Source: Dicyema japonicum (lineage: Eukaryota; Animalia; Dicyemida). Taken from it: 64,000 nucleotides of DNA. This document shows, in pieces, positions 36,829 to 50,000 of this stretch; position 1 is the stretch's first letter, and each line of letters starts with the position of its first letter. The position numbers were made by a program, and so were the translations under genes. Location: assembly GCA_011109175.1 (NCBI GenBank), contig RDEW01000001.1, positions 1,192,360-1,256,359 on the forward strand, written 5' to 3'. Under the pieces are notes generated by a model. That model was not told the origin of the DNA. It made no database searches and saw nothing but the letters and a program-made list of their open reading frames with translations.

Positions 36829-37770
36829 ATTTATTATATTTACCGATATTTTGAATATAAACGCTATCAATTAACTATTCTAATTAATTTCAATATCGCA
36901 AATCCTCCGAATTCCTCCTTAAATGAGATAGATAATAGAGCCTCATAATCCCCCACTTCAAACAACCGTAATTTTCACTTAAATGTGATTAATTCAGTTT
37001 TTGTGATAAAATGAACCAGGAAATCCTACTTTAACAATTTACGCGAGCAATGCCTTCATGTGATTCACGTGATCGTTTTCTATACATTTGACTAAAATCC
37101 CTTAATTAGACGATGACTTTTTTTCTTGGGGTTCTCGTGGTTAAGAAATACTCCAAGCAAACGAAGACGTGCCGTTAAGAAAATAAGTAAACGAATCAAG
37201 AGAGATGAGCTTAGATTGTCCATGGCTTTGTTAGCTTTAAATTAATATTTTATGCTAAATCAATTGAATTATCCGGAAATGATATTTTATAAGCTATTTA
37301 GCCAGGACAAACCCCGGGATCGAGTCTTGCTTCTGTACACTAGGCTGAAGGTTCTACGATCCTTTGAATTAACGAGGGACGTCGTCATCAATGAATACTT
37401 CTCACTGCGAAAACGGATCGTCTACCAGCAGAACACCTTCTAGTAAGTCTTACACACGTGGCTCTCTAAAAAGTACATTTAAACAAGATTCTAATAATTC
37501 ATATAAGAATAGGAATTTGGAAAACGAAAGCTCTGACCTATATTTGTTAATAATCGATAGGTCTGTGCTACGAATTGCCCTCTTCGTCCTCTTGTGTTCG
37601 TTTGCACTGGGAAAACTTTGGATAAGCAAAGTTTCTAATTAAAAGAAGAGGGGATATCAATGTTTATGGTTTGGATCACATAAGGGGTAACTTTGGTAAA
37701 ACAAGGGAATTATTATAATAATGGTAACTCTCCTATTTTTATTAACTAAAAATGTAATTCACGTCCGGAT

Positions 37771-39603
37771 CTAACCCAACGCCTTTTTCCAGGATTCGAA
37801 GGTCTCCTTGTCGACTTTGAATTTCAACTCCACGACATCGGAGTTGAGCTCAATTTGATAACTCTGTGATTCGTGCACTTTTTTGCAGGTTTTTAGATTT
37901 ATAACGACAATTATATCATTATTCTGACAAAATCATTAATTCAAGCATACTCTTATTAAATATTCCAATTCTGTTTTATTTTTGGTGTCATCGCACTTGT
38001 AAATGTACAAATACTTAGCAGTGCAAATCCCTAGTACTTCTGTTCTCTGTCCCGGTCTGTTCAGCACTACAAACCCCCATTTTAGGACGTTTTCTATTGT
38101 CTCATTCATGCGACTGGTGGAGTAAAGTATATTTAGACAAACCATAAATATTCTGAGGTCGGTTTCGTGGATGCGTCCGAAATATTGGACAATACCTCAG
38201 TTAGTTTCTCCATCGATACTTTTCTGGCATCTCCCAGGATCTCAGATAATTTCTACAAAAATCACACAACTGAAAACGTTCATAAATTCAGTCTTTGATT
38301 CTTCAGAACTGAAAGTCAGTTGAATGATAACCTGCAAGTGAAGAGGATGTGTTTGTTGAGGGTTTTAATGTACACGGTTGGTTCTGTGTGGGAATCCCCA
38401 TAATAGACAATATTCTCGTTGGAAAGTTCTTCGGTGACTTTAAAGGTTCTGTTTGAGTTTTTAATGCACACGAGAACAAATCCCAAAGTCTGATTAAAGA
38501 ATAAAAATCACCAAAAAAATATATGAGAGCTTATTAGAGCGTCCTTTAGTAGAGACCGATATCTCTGATTCGTATAAAAAGTCGACTGTGGTGTCGTAGA
38601 ATCTCTGAGTGGCCCCGGTTATGAGGGATTTGGTCAAAATAGCCTTCTGGAATTGTTGCTTTGAACTAATAGGAGAAATTGTACAATTATATTCATGTTA
38701 TAGTCAGTATGAGTCACTGCATTTACTATCAACTTCATGGCATCTAGGAATTATTGGGGATCTCACCATTTGTAGGTGTTATGTCCTTGTGGTTATCTGG
38801 AAGAGCCTCCACATATCCTAAACTAACTTCAATCATTATACTTTTAAGCAAAAGTTCATATCTGGGGACCCTTTGGGCTAACTCCAGCATGTGGTCCTCA
38901 ATCGACAATGCAGGGTTATCGGAGGATGACTTGACCTTCTGGAGAATGCTGCAGAAATGTTGATTCTTCTTTCTGTACTCGTCAATGAGTTGTATCGACT
39001 TATCGAATGAGGTCAAAAACTCGGAATAAATTTTCATAAACGGAGCCTTTTCCTTAAAAAGCTTTCCAATTGACAGATTGTAGGTTCTTAGCATAAATAT
39101 GACCGATACGGTTTGGAAGAGCACTCTATCATCTCAGGGAGGATAAAGTCCTTGTGGAAGTTATATATGCTTGATAGATTTGAAAAAATTTCGTCAATGT
39201 CTTTCTCCGGAATTGTTTTTTGCAGTTCCGCGTCCGACTTGACTGTCTTGTAATATCCCTGCGACGTTACAAGATGCGTACCTCATAGAGGAGTTTCAGT
39301 TTATTCGTATATGTTGTCTCCGTTTCGACAAATTCTTCCACCAAATACGTTAATTTGCTTTTCTCGATATTCAGCACAAAATAGTACTGGGTTAGAGGAT
39401 TTTGTCTCCAACTTATTCTTCGGCTCTGTAAATGCGCTGTTTCGTTGCTCTTCCGTTGAATCGTTGTGATCAGAAACCATCGTCGGTTGTATTACCACCG
39501 CGTGTGTGGTCTTACTTCGAGACAAATTTAGTTTGTTTTTTTTATTTTTTTCGTTTTTCTTATCAGCAGAAAATTTCAATTCCTTGGGCATCGAAGAACT
39601 CAC
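37771..39603 (-). CDS. FGD-like RhoGEF (DH-PH-PH)
   Basis: DH domain IGKLFKEKAPFMKIYSEF...LSIEDHMLELAQRVPRYELLLK..Y...LPDNHKD (FGD-type), PH1 ending CSSEESKTEFMNKL, PH2 ending FESWKKALG*. Confidence 0.78.
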
Positions 39604-39729
39604 CGTTCAGGCTATAAATATTAATTAAATGGACGTAATTAAGAATTAAGAGGATGTGATTTACGCTTTCGCTTAATTATTCTTAATAATATATCCGATC
39701 AGATTATAGACCAACATTAGTGATCGCAT

Positions 39730-40100
39730 CAGCCTACTTGGGAGTTAACACTGGGGTTCCCAACGGACTGGACGTTTTCTTCCGTTGGTTCAGGTTGACT
39801 TGTGTGTGACGTTGGAAGGTCTTTGCTTCTGCGACTGTTTTATTTATTAACCTCAGGCTTACAATCTTTGGTAAGCCCAGCAAAAAGTCACAATCCAAGG
39901 AAGAATGTCTGCTTGTGGCGACCATCCCCTAATAGTCCATTACAGGTTTCCGCTTCAGAAAAGCGGTGGAGAATTCAATCCAACCTCTTCCATTTTCATC
40001 ACACGTCCCACCGTCGCGGACATCACTTCATTCTTAGGCGTAAGAGTTTTCAGATGGACTTGTCGCCTACGCATCTAAAGATCTGTGAGAAACGAGAAAT
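39730..40100 (-). mobile_element. RTE family A 5' leader and ORF start
   Basis: Shares AGGCGAC.AG.CCATCTGA, AATGAAGTGATGTC, GTGTGATGAAAATGGAAGA, CCTGTAATGGACTAT and ACAAGCAGAC blocks with 29920-30170. Confidence 0.7.
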
Positions 40101-40399
40101 GACCTTTGCTGATTTGAACCCACGACTATTACATCCGATGTCATCAGCCAGAAGGCCCTTCTGCGACTGGGAGAACTGGATACATTTAATTAGATTAATG
40201 TGTGTCTAATGACAGTGTATTCTTAATATGTGACATGCTGGAGTGGTTACCATGCAGGACTAATTACCTGTCATGTGTAATCTGACAGGTGTCATATTTA
40301 ACCTACATTTCTCTCCTATTTTTGACTTTCGCCTATTGAGATTCTTCTCCTATGTTTGACTTTCACCTATTATTGATTCAGTGGAATGTTACTCGAAAA

Positions 40400-42175
40400 G
40401 TCATCGTCTAATTGCTCTGCCTGCAACATGAGAAATTTGAGAAAGTTCGAAATTTTTTGTTCTGCCTAATGGTCACGCGAGTGCATACACCTCCGGAGAA
40501 GACCTTTCCCATTTGGATCTTAACAGTTTAAGAAGAGACTGCATTCTGGAGGCCTGCAAAGAAAGATGCCCATATATATTTGAACTGGTCAATTATTCAT
40601 ACGGAAAGCCTACGTCACTATTGCACGGGGATTTCATGTTCCATCGTCCTCACAACAGGGCGACCCCCTCGGACCACTGCTGTTCTCCCTCGGAATTGAG
40701 AGGATTGCGAAGCTCTCTCGATGCCCACTCAACATATGGTACCTCGATGACGCTGTCTTAGGAGGTCCCCCGGAGACGATCTTCCATGAGTTAGAAGTAT
40801 TCATCCCCGCTTGTCCGAGGTGGGTTTTGAGTTGAATCCAACGAAATGTGAAATAACAAACTGTGGTCTTGCTGACGATGACTTCTCTTCAATTGTTCAA
40901 AATTTTACTCCTTGTTTCCTGGTGGGATTTCGACCCCTGAAAACAAATTGATTTTTCTTGGATCCCCGATCACTAGGAATGCATGAAGCATGTCTTCCTA
41001 GACAAAAAACAACTCCTTTGCGAGTCGCTAGACAGATTACAGCTACTTGACTCACACTCAGCACTATTCCTCATGAAAAGAAGTCTTAACATTCAGAGAA
41101 TCGCCTATTTACTCAGGACAGCCCGTACTATTCCAACTGGAGCAGCTTGAGCATTTTGATTTGTCTTTCCTCCTCAGTCACGGAGCAAATATCGAGACGA
41201 TGCTACATGGAAACAAGCTACACTCTCAGTTAGATTTGGGGGTCTTGGAATCCGTCGTACTTTGGACGTCTCACTTCCTGCTCATCTGTCTTCACTCACG
41301 GCCTGAGAACCTTTAGACAGAAGGATTCTACACTCCCTACCAGAATTCTCAATTTACCAAGATAATCCACGCACGAGAAGCCTGGAATGCCACCAACCTC
41401 CCCCTGCCTCCTTCACAAGACTGCCAGCGAAACCTGGACAATTATTGTGCTGGAAATCATTTGGTCTCTACTGGAATCAACCAATCAGCAACGACGCGCT
41501 TGTTTGCTTTCAGGGGCTTCCCCTGAGAACAGAGCTTGGCTAAACGCCATCCCAATGGAGCTCTGGGCACCTTTCTGGATAATGAATGCGTTAGATGTGG
41601 TATCTCTCTGCGGCTGGGACTGAAAGTATGTGTACCTCACTCGTGCCGATGTGGCATCCTGATAGACTGCTATGGCCTGCACCCTCTCGCCTGCAAGAAG
41701 AGCGCTGACAGATCTCCAAGGCACAAGGTTCTGAATGAGATTGTCAGCGGCTATGGATGCTGCTGGATACTCGGACATTTTTGAACCGATCAGGTTATGC
41801 AGAAGTGACAAGAAACGACCGGTCGGGATGACCATATTTTCTTTTGAGACCGAGAAACCACTTGTTTGAGATGATATGTACAGCCACGTTCGCCCGAACA
41901 ATATTCACGAGTGCGCTTCAAGGGCCTTCTGCAGCCGTCAAGGCGGAAAAGGCCAAACTCGAAAAATACGTTGACCTTCCCGATAATGTCAAATTTGTTC
42001 CCCTTGCTATGGAGACTTCCGGATCCTACTCCCACTCTACACTCGAGTTTTTCAGACGTCTTGGAAACCTGATCACCTCATGCACTGGAGATCTCCGCGA
42101 ACGCCGCTGGCTGTTTGAGCGAATTTCTCTCGCAATTCTGGAGGGAACAGCACGCAGTGAGGGCGGCAACTAACT
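40400..42175 (+). mobile_element. CRE-clade non-LTR retrotransposon, 5'-truncated, frameshifted
   Basis: DLNSLRRDCILEAC..CP..VNYSYG, QGDPLG, WYLDD, RFGGLGIR, C-terminal HSCRCG...DCYGLHPLACKK...RH and FVPLAMETSG...LGNLI...RERRWLFERISLAIL. Confidence 0.88.
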
Positions 42176-42184
42176 AACTTATGT

Positions 42185-42730
42185 TTTTATTTATTTTTAT
42201 TTATTTAACACCCAAGACCACGGTAAAACCAAAACTGACCATCACGTGATCCCGATGCGCTCCGCCAAAATCCTCATTCTTTCCCGGTGCTCCTCCCTCG
42301 TACCTACACAAGCTCGTACAGGGCGGCTGACTGTATTTACTGTATGTTTTGTCTTTGTGTCTAAAAAAATTAAACCACATTTCGAATAAGGAATATTTAA
42401 ATCATTTTCTCGCATTTTTTTAATTTCATTATTGGACAAGGATGTGTGCTAAGGATTTTAGTGCCTTTCTGTTAATTAATAGGTTAAACATATTTTGAAT
42501 ACGGTCTGCAAGTCATTGTGCCGACGGTTGAATATGCCGGTTCTGCCTAGAGATTCACTATTTCTTCTACGAGGGTCGAGCGTATGAACTCTCTCAGACG
42601 GAAGATCATGAAGCATATGCATTCGGACTCCACATCCATCCCCAGTCTCTTTTCAGAGGAGACGACTGGGATCACTTTATTGATTCTTTCTTTCTTGGTG
42701 GTCTTGGGGGTTTTAAAATAAAATAAATAC
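42185..42730. mobile_element. Two oppositely oriented family B LINE 3' ends
   Basis: Minus: ...RILAERIGIT* then TTTTGGTTTTACCGTGGTCTTGGGTGTTAAATAAATAAA. Plus: ...GACTGGGATCACTTTA...CTTGGTGGTCTTGGGGGTTTTAAAATAAAATAAATA. Confidence 0.7.
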
Positions 42731-42748
42731 GGGTCAATAACAAAAGTT

Positions 42749-42784
42749 CTAACCCTAACCCCTAATCCATGACCCCAATCCTAA
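42749..42784 (+). repeat. Degenerate (CCCTAA)n telomere-like tract
   Basis: CTAA CCCTAA CCCCTAA TCCATGA CCCCAA TCCTAA. Confidence 0.45.
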
Positions 42785-42977
42785 TGCACACAATAGCTTA
42801 TGCTCTGCTTATAAATAGTCATTCCTGAATCAACAAGTTAATCAGTGTTCACACTCATATTTTGCCATAAAAAGAAATGTTATTGAAGTCGTTAAAGATT
42901 GTTCAGTATTCAGGTTTTCCATTCCTCTTAAATTGTGAAATTAATACAGTTCATAGATTTCTGACTTTAATCATCAT

Positions 42978-43105
42978 GGTATTGCTTCTAGACCAAATGA
43001 ACGATTCCAAGTGGACTTAATCGATGTCAAAAATTTGAGTACTTCAACTGAAGACTACAAATGGATTTTAACTGTAATCGATGTATATACAGTAAATATG
43101 CCATA
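42978..43105 (+). mobile_element. DDE integrase fragment (Ginger/KRBA2- or Polinton-like)
   Basis: GIASRPNERFQVDLIDVKNL...DYKWILTVIDVY-SKYA (one-base shift), the N-terminal part of an rve integrase core. Confidence 0.65.
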
Positions 43106-43153
43106 TGACTTTAAAGTAGGAGATAAAGTATTTTGATCATTCCTTGGTAAAGC

Positions 43154-43790
43154 ATGGAACCCGTCGTTAAGACAACCGTTCTGAGATGCCTCATCAACCA
43201 GCTGGAATTACTAATTTTATCAAATAATCGCCTATTATCTGTTACAACTCTCTATACCTCGGACAAAAGATTGTCGAACAGGACAATAGAAGTCACTGCG
43301 GAGGGAAGAGCATTGCCTTCCAAATGGCAAAAAATATTGGGTCTGACTTTCGATACACACATGAACTTTACGAGACACGTCACTAACGTGCTGAATAAAT
43401 GTGAGAAGAAAATCAACCTTCTGAAATTCCTGACAGGTCTATGGAAAATTGGACATCACCCTATACTTAAAACGCTCTACTCACAGTACATCGAACCATG
43501 CATTTCATATGCGTGTACTTCATGGGGACCACTGGCCTCTTATACGAACATCCAGAAAATCTCCGTAACCCAGAAAAGGGCCTTCAAAATGACTGAGAGA
43601 TGCATACAGGGGAAAAAATCAAATACCGACGCCCATGGAGACACTAATCGAAAAAAACAAAAATTACACAAAAAGGAAGTGCCCGCCCACAACGAACTTG
43701 TGTAGGCTCAAGGGATCAACACCGAGCAAAGATGAGAACCTTGATCCAATTTGTCGGGATCACTTAGTTTAGTTTTTTCGGTTTAACAGT
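43154..43790 (+). mobile_element. I/Jockey-like LINE 3' fragment
   Basis: KILGLTFDTHMNFTRHVTNV...KINLLKFL..LW...LKTLYSQYIEPCISYACTSWG; ends in a GGGATCACTTAG family B tail. Confidence 0.8.
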
Positions 43791-44439
43791 CTTTGAATTA
43801 ATTTTAATTTAATTTTAAAATTTATATACTCAGATTAAAGAGCTTTTAGGAAAATCAAAAGAAGAGAAAGAAAAAAATCAGTAAGAAGATGCAGCAAACA
43901 GCAAAAAAAGATGAGACTGCAAAAAATTGCAACATAATGAACAAAGGAAACTGATGATCTACTCCACGGTTTGTTCGTGTGTTTTCCACATGTCTTGTTT
44001 CCGATTGCATTGTCAGTCATGCCTCCTACCAGATAATACGATATCCTCCCCCGTATATCTGTCGCGGTTGCCTATGTGAGTGTATTGAAAGGTCAGTCTC
44101 TTCGGACGACTTCGAGGATTAGGTACGATTATTTTGCTTTGCTCCATCCACATTATGCATACTCCATAGGAGAGGGAAATAAAAGAAATCACTCACGTCA
44201 ATAGTAAAAGAGAATGTCCACACATTCTCCTCTGGAACTTATTGGCTGACTCCGAAAAGCTGACCTACAGATTCCAAAACCATGAGAAGCCAACATCGAC
44301 TATCTCGGACACACAAAGATTACGAAGTGCAATCCGTCGAAAGCTTTCTGAAGTGGAATCCGTAAGATTCTTGCAGATCAGAACCGAACAGTCCTTACAC
44401 AGCACTTGTTGAGTGACACCAAAGTCCCCCACAACGACC

Positions 44440-45050
44440 ACCGGATTCCGCCTTGCCCTGGACAATTACCTAATCTATTTGTTCTGAAGAGGACGTAAAA
44501 GATGGGATTCTCTTTTTCGTCCCGAGCAGCTGTGGAAGACTTATGAGCTCCGTCCGGGCCACCTCAAAGACAGAATCGTCGAAAATCACAGATATGGAGG
44601 ATTTCAGAGTGAAGTTGCCTGAGAAGAAAGACCGTTACAGGACCATCTGCGAAGATAAATATGAGAGGCTTCTGAACCAATCAAAGACGTCTTTTATGTT
44701 CACTGGAAGATGCGAAAAACGCTACCACCTAGTTGGTAGAATCGGGACCACCTTGATGACGATAGTGTCCGCACCGGTATCTCCATCAGACATGGACTGA
44801 AGATTTGCCAGAATCACAAATGCCGGTGTGGTGGTACCGTCGACTGTTATGGACATCATGCCCTTTCTTGTCGAAGAAGTGCAAGTCGATTCCCAAGACA
44901 TAAGGCGATCAACGGAATTGTTAAGCGAGCCATGGAGTCTTCTGGATACCCCTCCATACTTGAACCTGTTGGCTTTGGCAGAAAAGTCAGAAGACGGCAT
45001 GACGGAATCACAATTTTTCCATTCGAGGAGTGGGTGACCAGTCCAGCACG
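44440..45050 (-). mobile_element. CRE-clade 3' fragment
   Basis: Degenerate zinc-knuckle and RLE region (C.CG..VD..GLH...C, RPDG..LVP...G, F.PV.IK.S...). Confidence 0.6.
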
Positions 45051-45299
45051 TCACATAATGTTGGTTCTCAGCGGTTATTAACTGATGACTTTAAAAGTTG
45101 AATGAAAATAATATTTAGTATTGTACAAAATATAAATATCCACGCTTACAAACAAGCACGATAAAACCCTGAAATGTAACCTTTTATGATAGATCTTGGA
45201 AAACAAGCGTGCGTGAGAGCACGAAAAAAATTTATGAAAATCTAGGCTAGGGCGATAAGTAAAAAAACTCGCTTTTAACGAAGAGCAATACGACCCCCG

Positions 45300-45565
45300 A
45301 AACGGATGCCTACTTTATTGTTGCAGAATACGTTAAAAGTCCCGCTTATTATTGATCACCATATCCTTAAAATGGCCAAGTCTCCACTGCATCCACTTGG
45401 ACCAATCAAATCTTATCTGGAATCCTCCCCAAGATTTGAAAAGAAACCTTCACATTTAAAGGAGTTAATTCAGGATTCCAAGACAAATCATAGGAAGTAG
45501 CTAAGCATTGACATCATTACTCATCACGATAACTCATTTCGTGGTTCTAGTGGTTTATAAAAAAA
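45300..45565 (+). mobile_element. Family B LINE 3' fragment
   Basis: HILKMAKSPLHPLG...ELIQDSKTNHRK* matches the C-terminus at 23331-23480. Confidence 0.7.
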
Positions 45566-45904
45566 TAATTGGATAAATTACCAAAGATAATAATTACCCC
45601 CATTCTCGTCATGTCTGGGGTTAATTTTTTAATTTATTAATATCTGCAACATTTAAATCCTACTGCCCATCCTACTGCCTCAACCAAGTTCATTCAATGA
45701 CATAGATATGAACTCAAACTTGTGACGTCATACATGAAAACAACGTAAGCGACCCAATATCTAATTTGACAGTAATAAAAAATGTTACAAACTGATTGAG
45801 TTACCCCTCATGATCGCAGAGAAAAGGTTTCGGAAGAGCCATTGCATCATTCTGGTTTCACTCTCCGTGGTTCTGCTGAGGACAAGAACGAACTACTCCT
45901 ACTA

Positions 45905-46160
45905 TTTTTTTAACCCCGGATGCACCGAGAAAAAAGTAAACAACTAATTAAGTGTATCGAGTTTCCACTTCTACAGAAACAGAGTCCATCCGGAATCAAC
46001 ATTAAGAGTAAAAGACTTCCATACTTGCAGTTGTGGAAACCCTCCAGTGGAGTGGGGAGAGCAAATGATCCTTTTACGTGCCGGCCTGGCACTGGGCGCC
46101 ACCTAGACAGGTGATCACATGACGCCACTCTAGTAGGAAGAGAGAGAGAAACGACAAATA
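45905..46160 (-). mobile_element. ~260-bp non-autonomous SINE/SIDE-like element, copy A
   Basis: Colinear and highly similar to 52686-52941; both copies have stops at the same positions in the frame that ends like the LINE ORF2 (..E(T/G)YT*); LINE-type tail. Confidence 0.8.
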
Positions 46161-46343
46161 CATAAAACTTAAACCAATTAGCCACGCGGCGTAACCAGAA
46201 TTTACTAGTATATTTTAGTCTTCAAAGGGAGTGTATTGGAAAGGGGTTCCTTTTTTTCTAAATTTATTTTTATTAATTTGATTAAATAAATTATTATTTA
46301 TAAATTAACTTTCAAATAATGTTAACAATTGCAATTTAAATTA

Positions 46344-47810
46344 ATGGACAAAATAGAGAGATCTACAGTGATAATAATCGGTGATAACTTTATTTATTTA
46401 AGGGAATGGTCCAGTTGGAATGATGACGTCATACTGCCTGGCTGGAAATTGGCCTTACTGGAACGGTCGAAGACATCCAATTCCCTCCATAGATTTACAC
46501 TTGAGGGAGAACCAATCATTTTTTGAGCAATCAGTAGGTTCCTGTTCAATGGCAGATAGAACGGATAGCTCAACTGGGGGAGTTCGTTGGGGGACGTTCA
46601 TCAAGCTCTGTTTGCAACTTTTACGACTGTCTAACTCGTTCCCACGAGTCACACCACACAGATTTTATAAAGTGGGAGTTCAACCCAAACAAAATAATAG
46701 ACCACGTGGTTTTGGGCAGTGATAAACCTGGTGGGTCGTGGACAGTAAGTTATGGAGTGATTTAAGAGGATGGAAAACAGATCTATGAGGATAATCAGCG
46801 TATTCAACGACATTGAACTTCCTGGGATGGAAATTGAGGAGTGGATGAGGTCACAGAAGTGGTAATTTGGTCCTTTAACCACAGTCATAACCTACAGACC
46901 TCTCCTACAGCTTTCTGCAGACCGGCCATAGCTTGTGTGTCCAAATATTACTCTCAGTACCCTTCCGTTGTGGGAATTGAACAATTTCAGAGACCTCCCT
47001 TCATAGTTAGCTGCATTCAGTGGGTCTCCCTTGTCGAAAATCACTGTGAGGTTATTCTCTCAGTTGTATTCAGTCTGAGGTAGAGTCTCCAAAGATGGAA
47101 TGGCAGGTGACTGGGCACTACATCAACGACGGTCGTCAGATGGTCTTCCGAGCCCCATATCTCGTTCTGGCTGTTGGAAGAAGTCACAACAAGAGGAAAC
47201 TCATCGTCGACGTCATAAACGGGAGCAACTGCCCGATTCTGTCCTCTCTTTGTGAACTGACCAGCTACAGCAATCTTCCTGTAGTAATCGTGGGGGCGGG
47301 ACTGCAGGCGGCAGAGCAAATACTAAAATGCGAGCAATTTGGTATTTCAGTGGTACACGTGTACAGGAAGAGGACAGAAGACGTCCTAACAACCTTTGAC
47401 AAGTTCGACCCAGTGACGTACCCCGAGTATGTCCACGCCAGAGACATTATTTCTGCCAAAAAAGTGGAGGACGAGTCTTGGGCCTACAGGGGGTTCGACT
47501 ACTCGATGGTTTCCTCTGTTGATGATGGGAATGTCGTTTGCATAAAGCAAATGGATGATCGAGGATACACACACGTGGATGCATGTGGAATACTTCCCTG
47601 TATTGGGTACGACAACGATGATTTTGCCCATATATGCGGCTTCAACGGTCTCTCCTTGACAGATTCACCAACGAGAGTGAAACTCACTCCAAACTATTTG
47701 TACTGAGCTCCTCAATTGGAAACAAATTTGTGAGGTTTTCCAAGTTGGGAGTTCTGCCTGCAGTGGCTCGCATAATAGAATACGAGAACACGAAGACTAA
47801 CAGAGTGTAA
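46344..47810 (+). CDS. OSGIN: OSGIN-family FAD-dependent oxidoreductase
   Basis: VIIIG|NGPVGMMTSYCLAGNWPYW...HP, WQVTG...FRAPYLVLAVG, PVVIVGAGLQAAEQI...VVHVYRK...YPEY, C-terminal SIGNKFVRF; one-base shift at ~47704. Confidence 0.85.
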
Positions 47811-47868
47811 CACATTTTTATTAAAATTTATTAGTAACTGTTAGATTATTTATTCTAAATTAAGTTTA

Positions 47869-48062
47869 TCATGTCATACTTAGCATTTTGCCGTTCTCCC
47901 ATTTGATGAACTTGGCGGCCATTTCCCCCCGCTTTTCTGCCTCTGTCTGGAACTCACTTTTAAGACATTTCCTTAGAACTTGTGCACAGATGTTTGAGTA
48001 GCGAACATAGCTTTGATTGGTTTAATTTATTACCTCAACCCTGCTTCACGCCAGAAAGACAT
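47869..48062 (-). CDS. ATP5F1E: Mitochondrial ATP synthase subunit epsilon
   Basis: MSFWREAGLS|YVRYSNICAQVLRKCLKSEFQTEAEKRGEMAAKFIKWENGK; 23-nt intron 48011-48033. Confidence 0.95.
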
Positions 48063-48819
48063 TACACAACAACGATATTATTTTATTAGATTTGATTAAT
48101 AATTTATTAAAATTATGAAAAAAATATTAGGAACTCTTTTTTATATTATCTCTTAATTTTTAAAATATTATGAAATGGTAGAGAAGATATTAATTGGAAA
48201 AAGCTGAATGTGTTAAAAAACTTATCGGGAAGATGGAAGATCGGTACTCACCCAGTTTTGAGGAACGTGTACAAATAGTACATCTCATATGATGGACATC
48301 GTGGGACCGTCCATATCTTGGACGAATAATAGAAAGATTGAGGAAATGTAAAGAGGGCGTTGTGGTGAATATCGATCGGGATTGATTCCTCTGGAAACTC
48401 CTATGCGACTGGACTCTGAGAGGATCTCCCTCCGTTAATTCAGTTAGTCGCCCAGTGTGGTCATTTGTTAGCGCGAGAGAGGAACATCGGGACAAGATGA
48501 GGACTTTGTGGACTCATTAAGAACCCTAGAGAAACTGTTTCCGAAAAAGATATGTCGGGTGTTGTATGGATATATGTGACTAAAAAATTCAAAACCGAAA
48601 TACTTAGTTAGTTAAAGCTCTTCGCGTAGCCCTAAAAGGGTTCGGTTAAGCCATGCTCTACAGTCATCCTTCCGTACTGACAGTTTTTAATTTAAGTCGT
48701 CTTATCGTTTAAATATTTGTGCCAGAGCTCATTCGATCGTTTTGTTTTTTCTTTGAAGCACTTTTATTCGAATTTGAACTTCCCAGTTTCGAACGTGTTT
48801 CCTTTACCGTTCCGACAAT

Positions 48820-50000
48820 TATTACGGGGTCATGACGATTCTCTGATTGGGGAGTAAGATAATCCGGTAGTTTCCAAAGGTTCCTTCGTATCCAAGGGCA
48901 ATCTGTGTCTTTTGTAAACAGCAGATGTCAATTTTGTAACGTGACAGATCTTCAGATAGTGTTCTCCCTCTTGAATAGAGATGAGAAGGCCTCGAACGTT
49001 GTATGTGGCGATGATGAACAAGGAGTTTGAATCTAAGCATGATGAAAGACATATTTTTCCGTGGAAAAACGGAATCACGTCACCACTTCAACCAATATTC
49101 AAAACCGAAATAATTCTAGGAATTAATGTTTCAAGTGATTCTGTCAATCAACTGAAATTTATTGAAGTGATCGAAAACTTCCTAGACACTTCCACTACCA
49201 AACTGATTAGAATTCTCCTATCAGATACGGAGCTCTCAGTTAGGATTGGAGAAGTGCTATCCAAGTCATTCACGATTATAGCAGTACCTTCAAGGAGATC
49301 CGTTATCCACTATTTTATTCGTTACATGTATGGAATAGACACTTAGAGAACTGACAGACATTGGCTTTGCCCCAGATGATGAGGACTGTTAATGACGAGT
49401 GCAAAAGAGCCAAATTAGATTTACTAGAATAAGTGGTTCTGGAATACCTGAGAGTCTTAAAAAATAAAAAGTAGAATTTAAGTCTTTACTTTATAAAAAA
49501 TGAATTATATCGAAGCAACGAGAAAAGTACAGGACAATCTGAATAAGCTAAGTTTATGGCTTTGGGAAAATCAATTTACTGCTAGCCCGAAGTCGGTGTT
49601 GACTCTATTCACGACAAACAGAAGACTAGGAAAGTATCAATTGACACACTGGATGAGAAGAATATCCCGCAAAACAAATACCAGAAAATCCTGGGAATTA
49701 CCTTCGACACCTTCTAACCTTTACAAAACATGTCGAAAATATGTCATTGACTTGTACAGGAAAATCAACTTCCTGAACGCGTTCTTGGAAACCTAAGAGA
49801 CAAAAAAAAATCTGAGTGGACTGGATGTCATATACAAACAGTTCATCGAGGCTACAATAGGATACGCATGTAATGTCTGGAGATCTAACCTGCAACATTC
49901 AAGTGAAAGCAGCAAATCTACTAAGGAAATATTCCCGTGTGAAAATCCTACCCAGAAACCTAGAAAATATGATAGAGGCGACTGGAGCAGTGCTCCTGCG
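48820..50000. mobile_element. Mosaic of LINE fragments (RTE APE on -, RT fragments on +)
   Basis: IATYNVR...KIDICCLQ (-); TKLIRILLSDTELSVRIG and VQDNLNKLSLWLWENQFTASPKSVLTLFT (+). Confidence 0.7.

Noticed and set aside
39930-40090. Complete canonical HDV ribozyme in the RTE leader
   Set aside because: P1 and P2 candidates exist, but P3/L3 cannot be built consistently in both copies and J4/2 lacks the catalytic C; kept only as a structured-leader finding.
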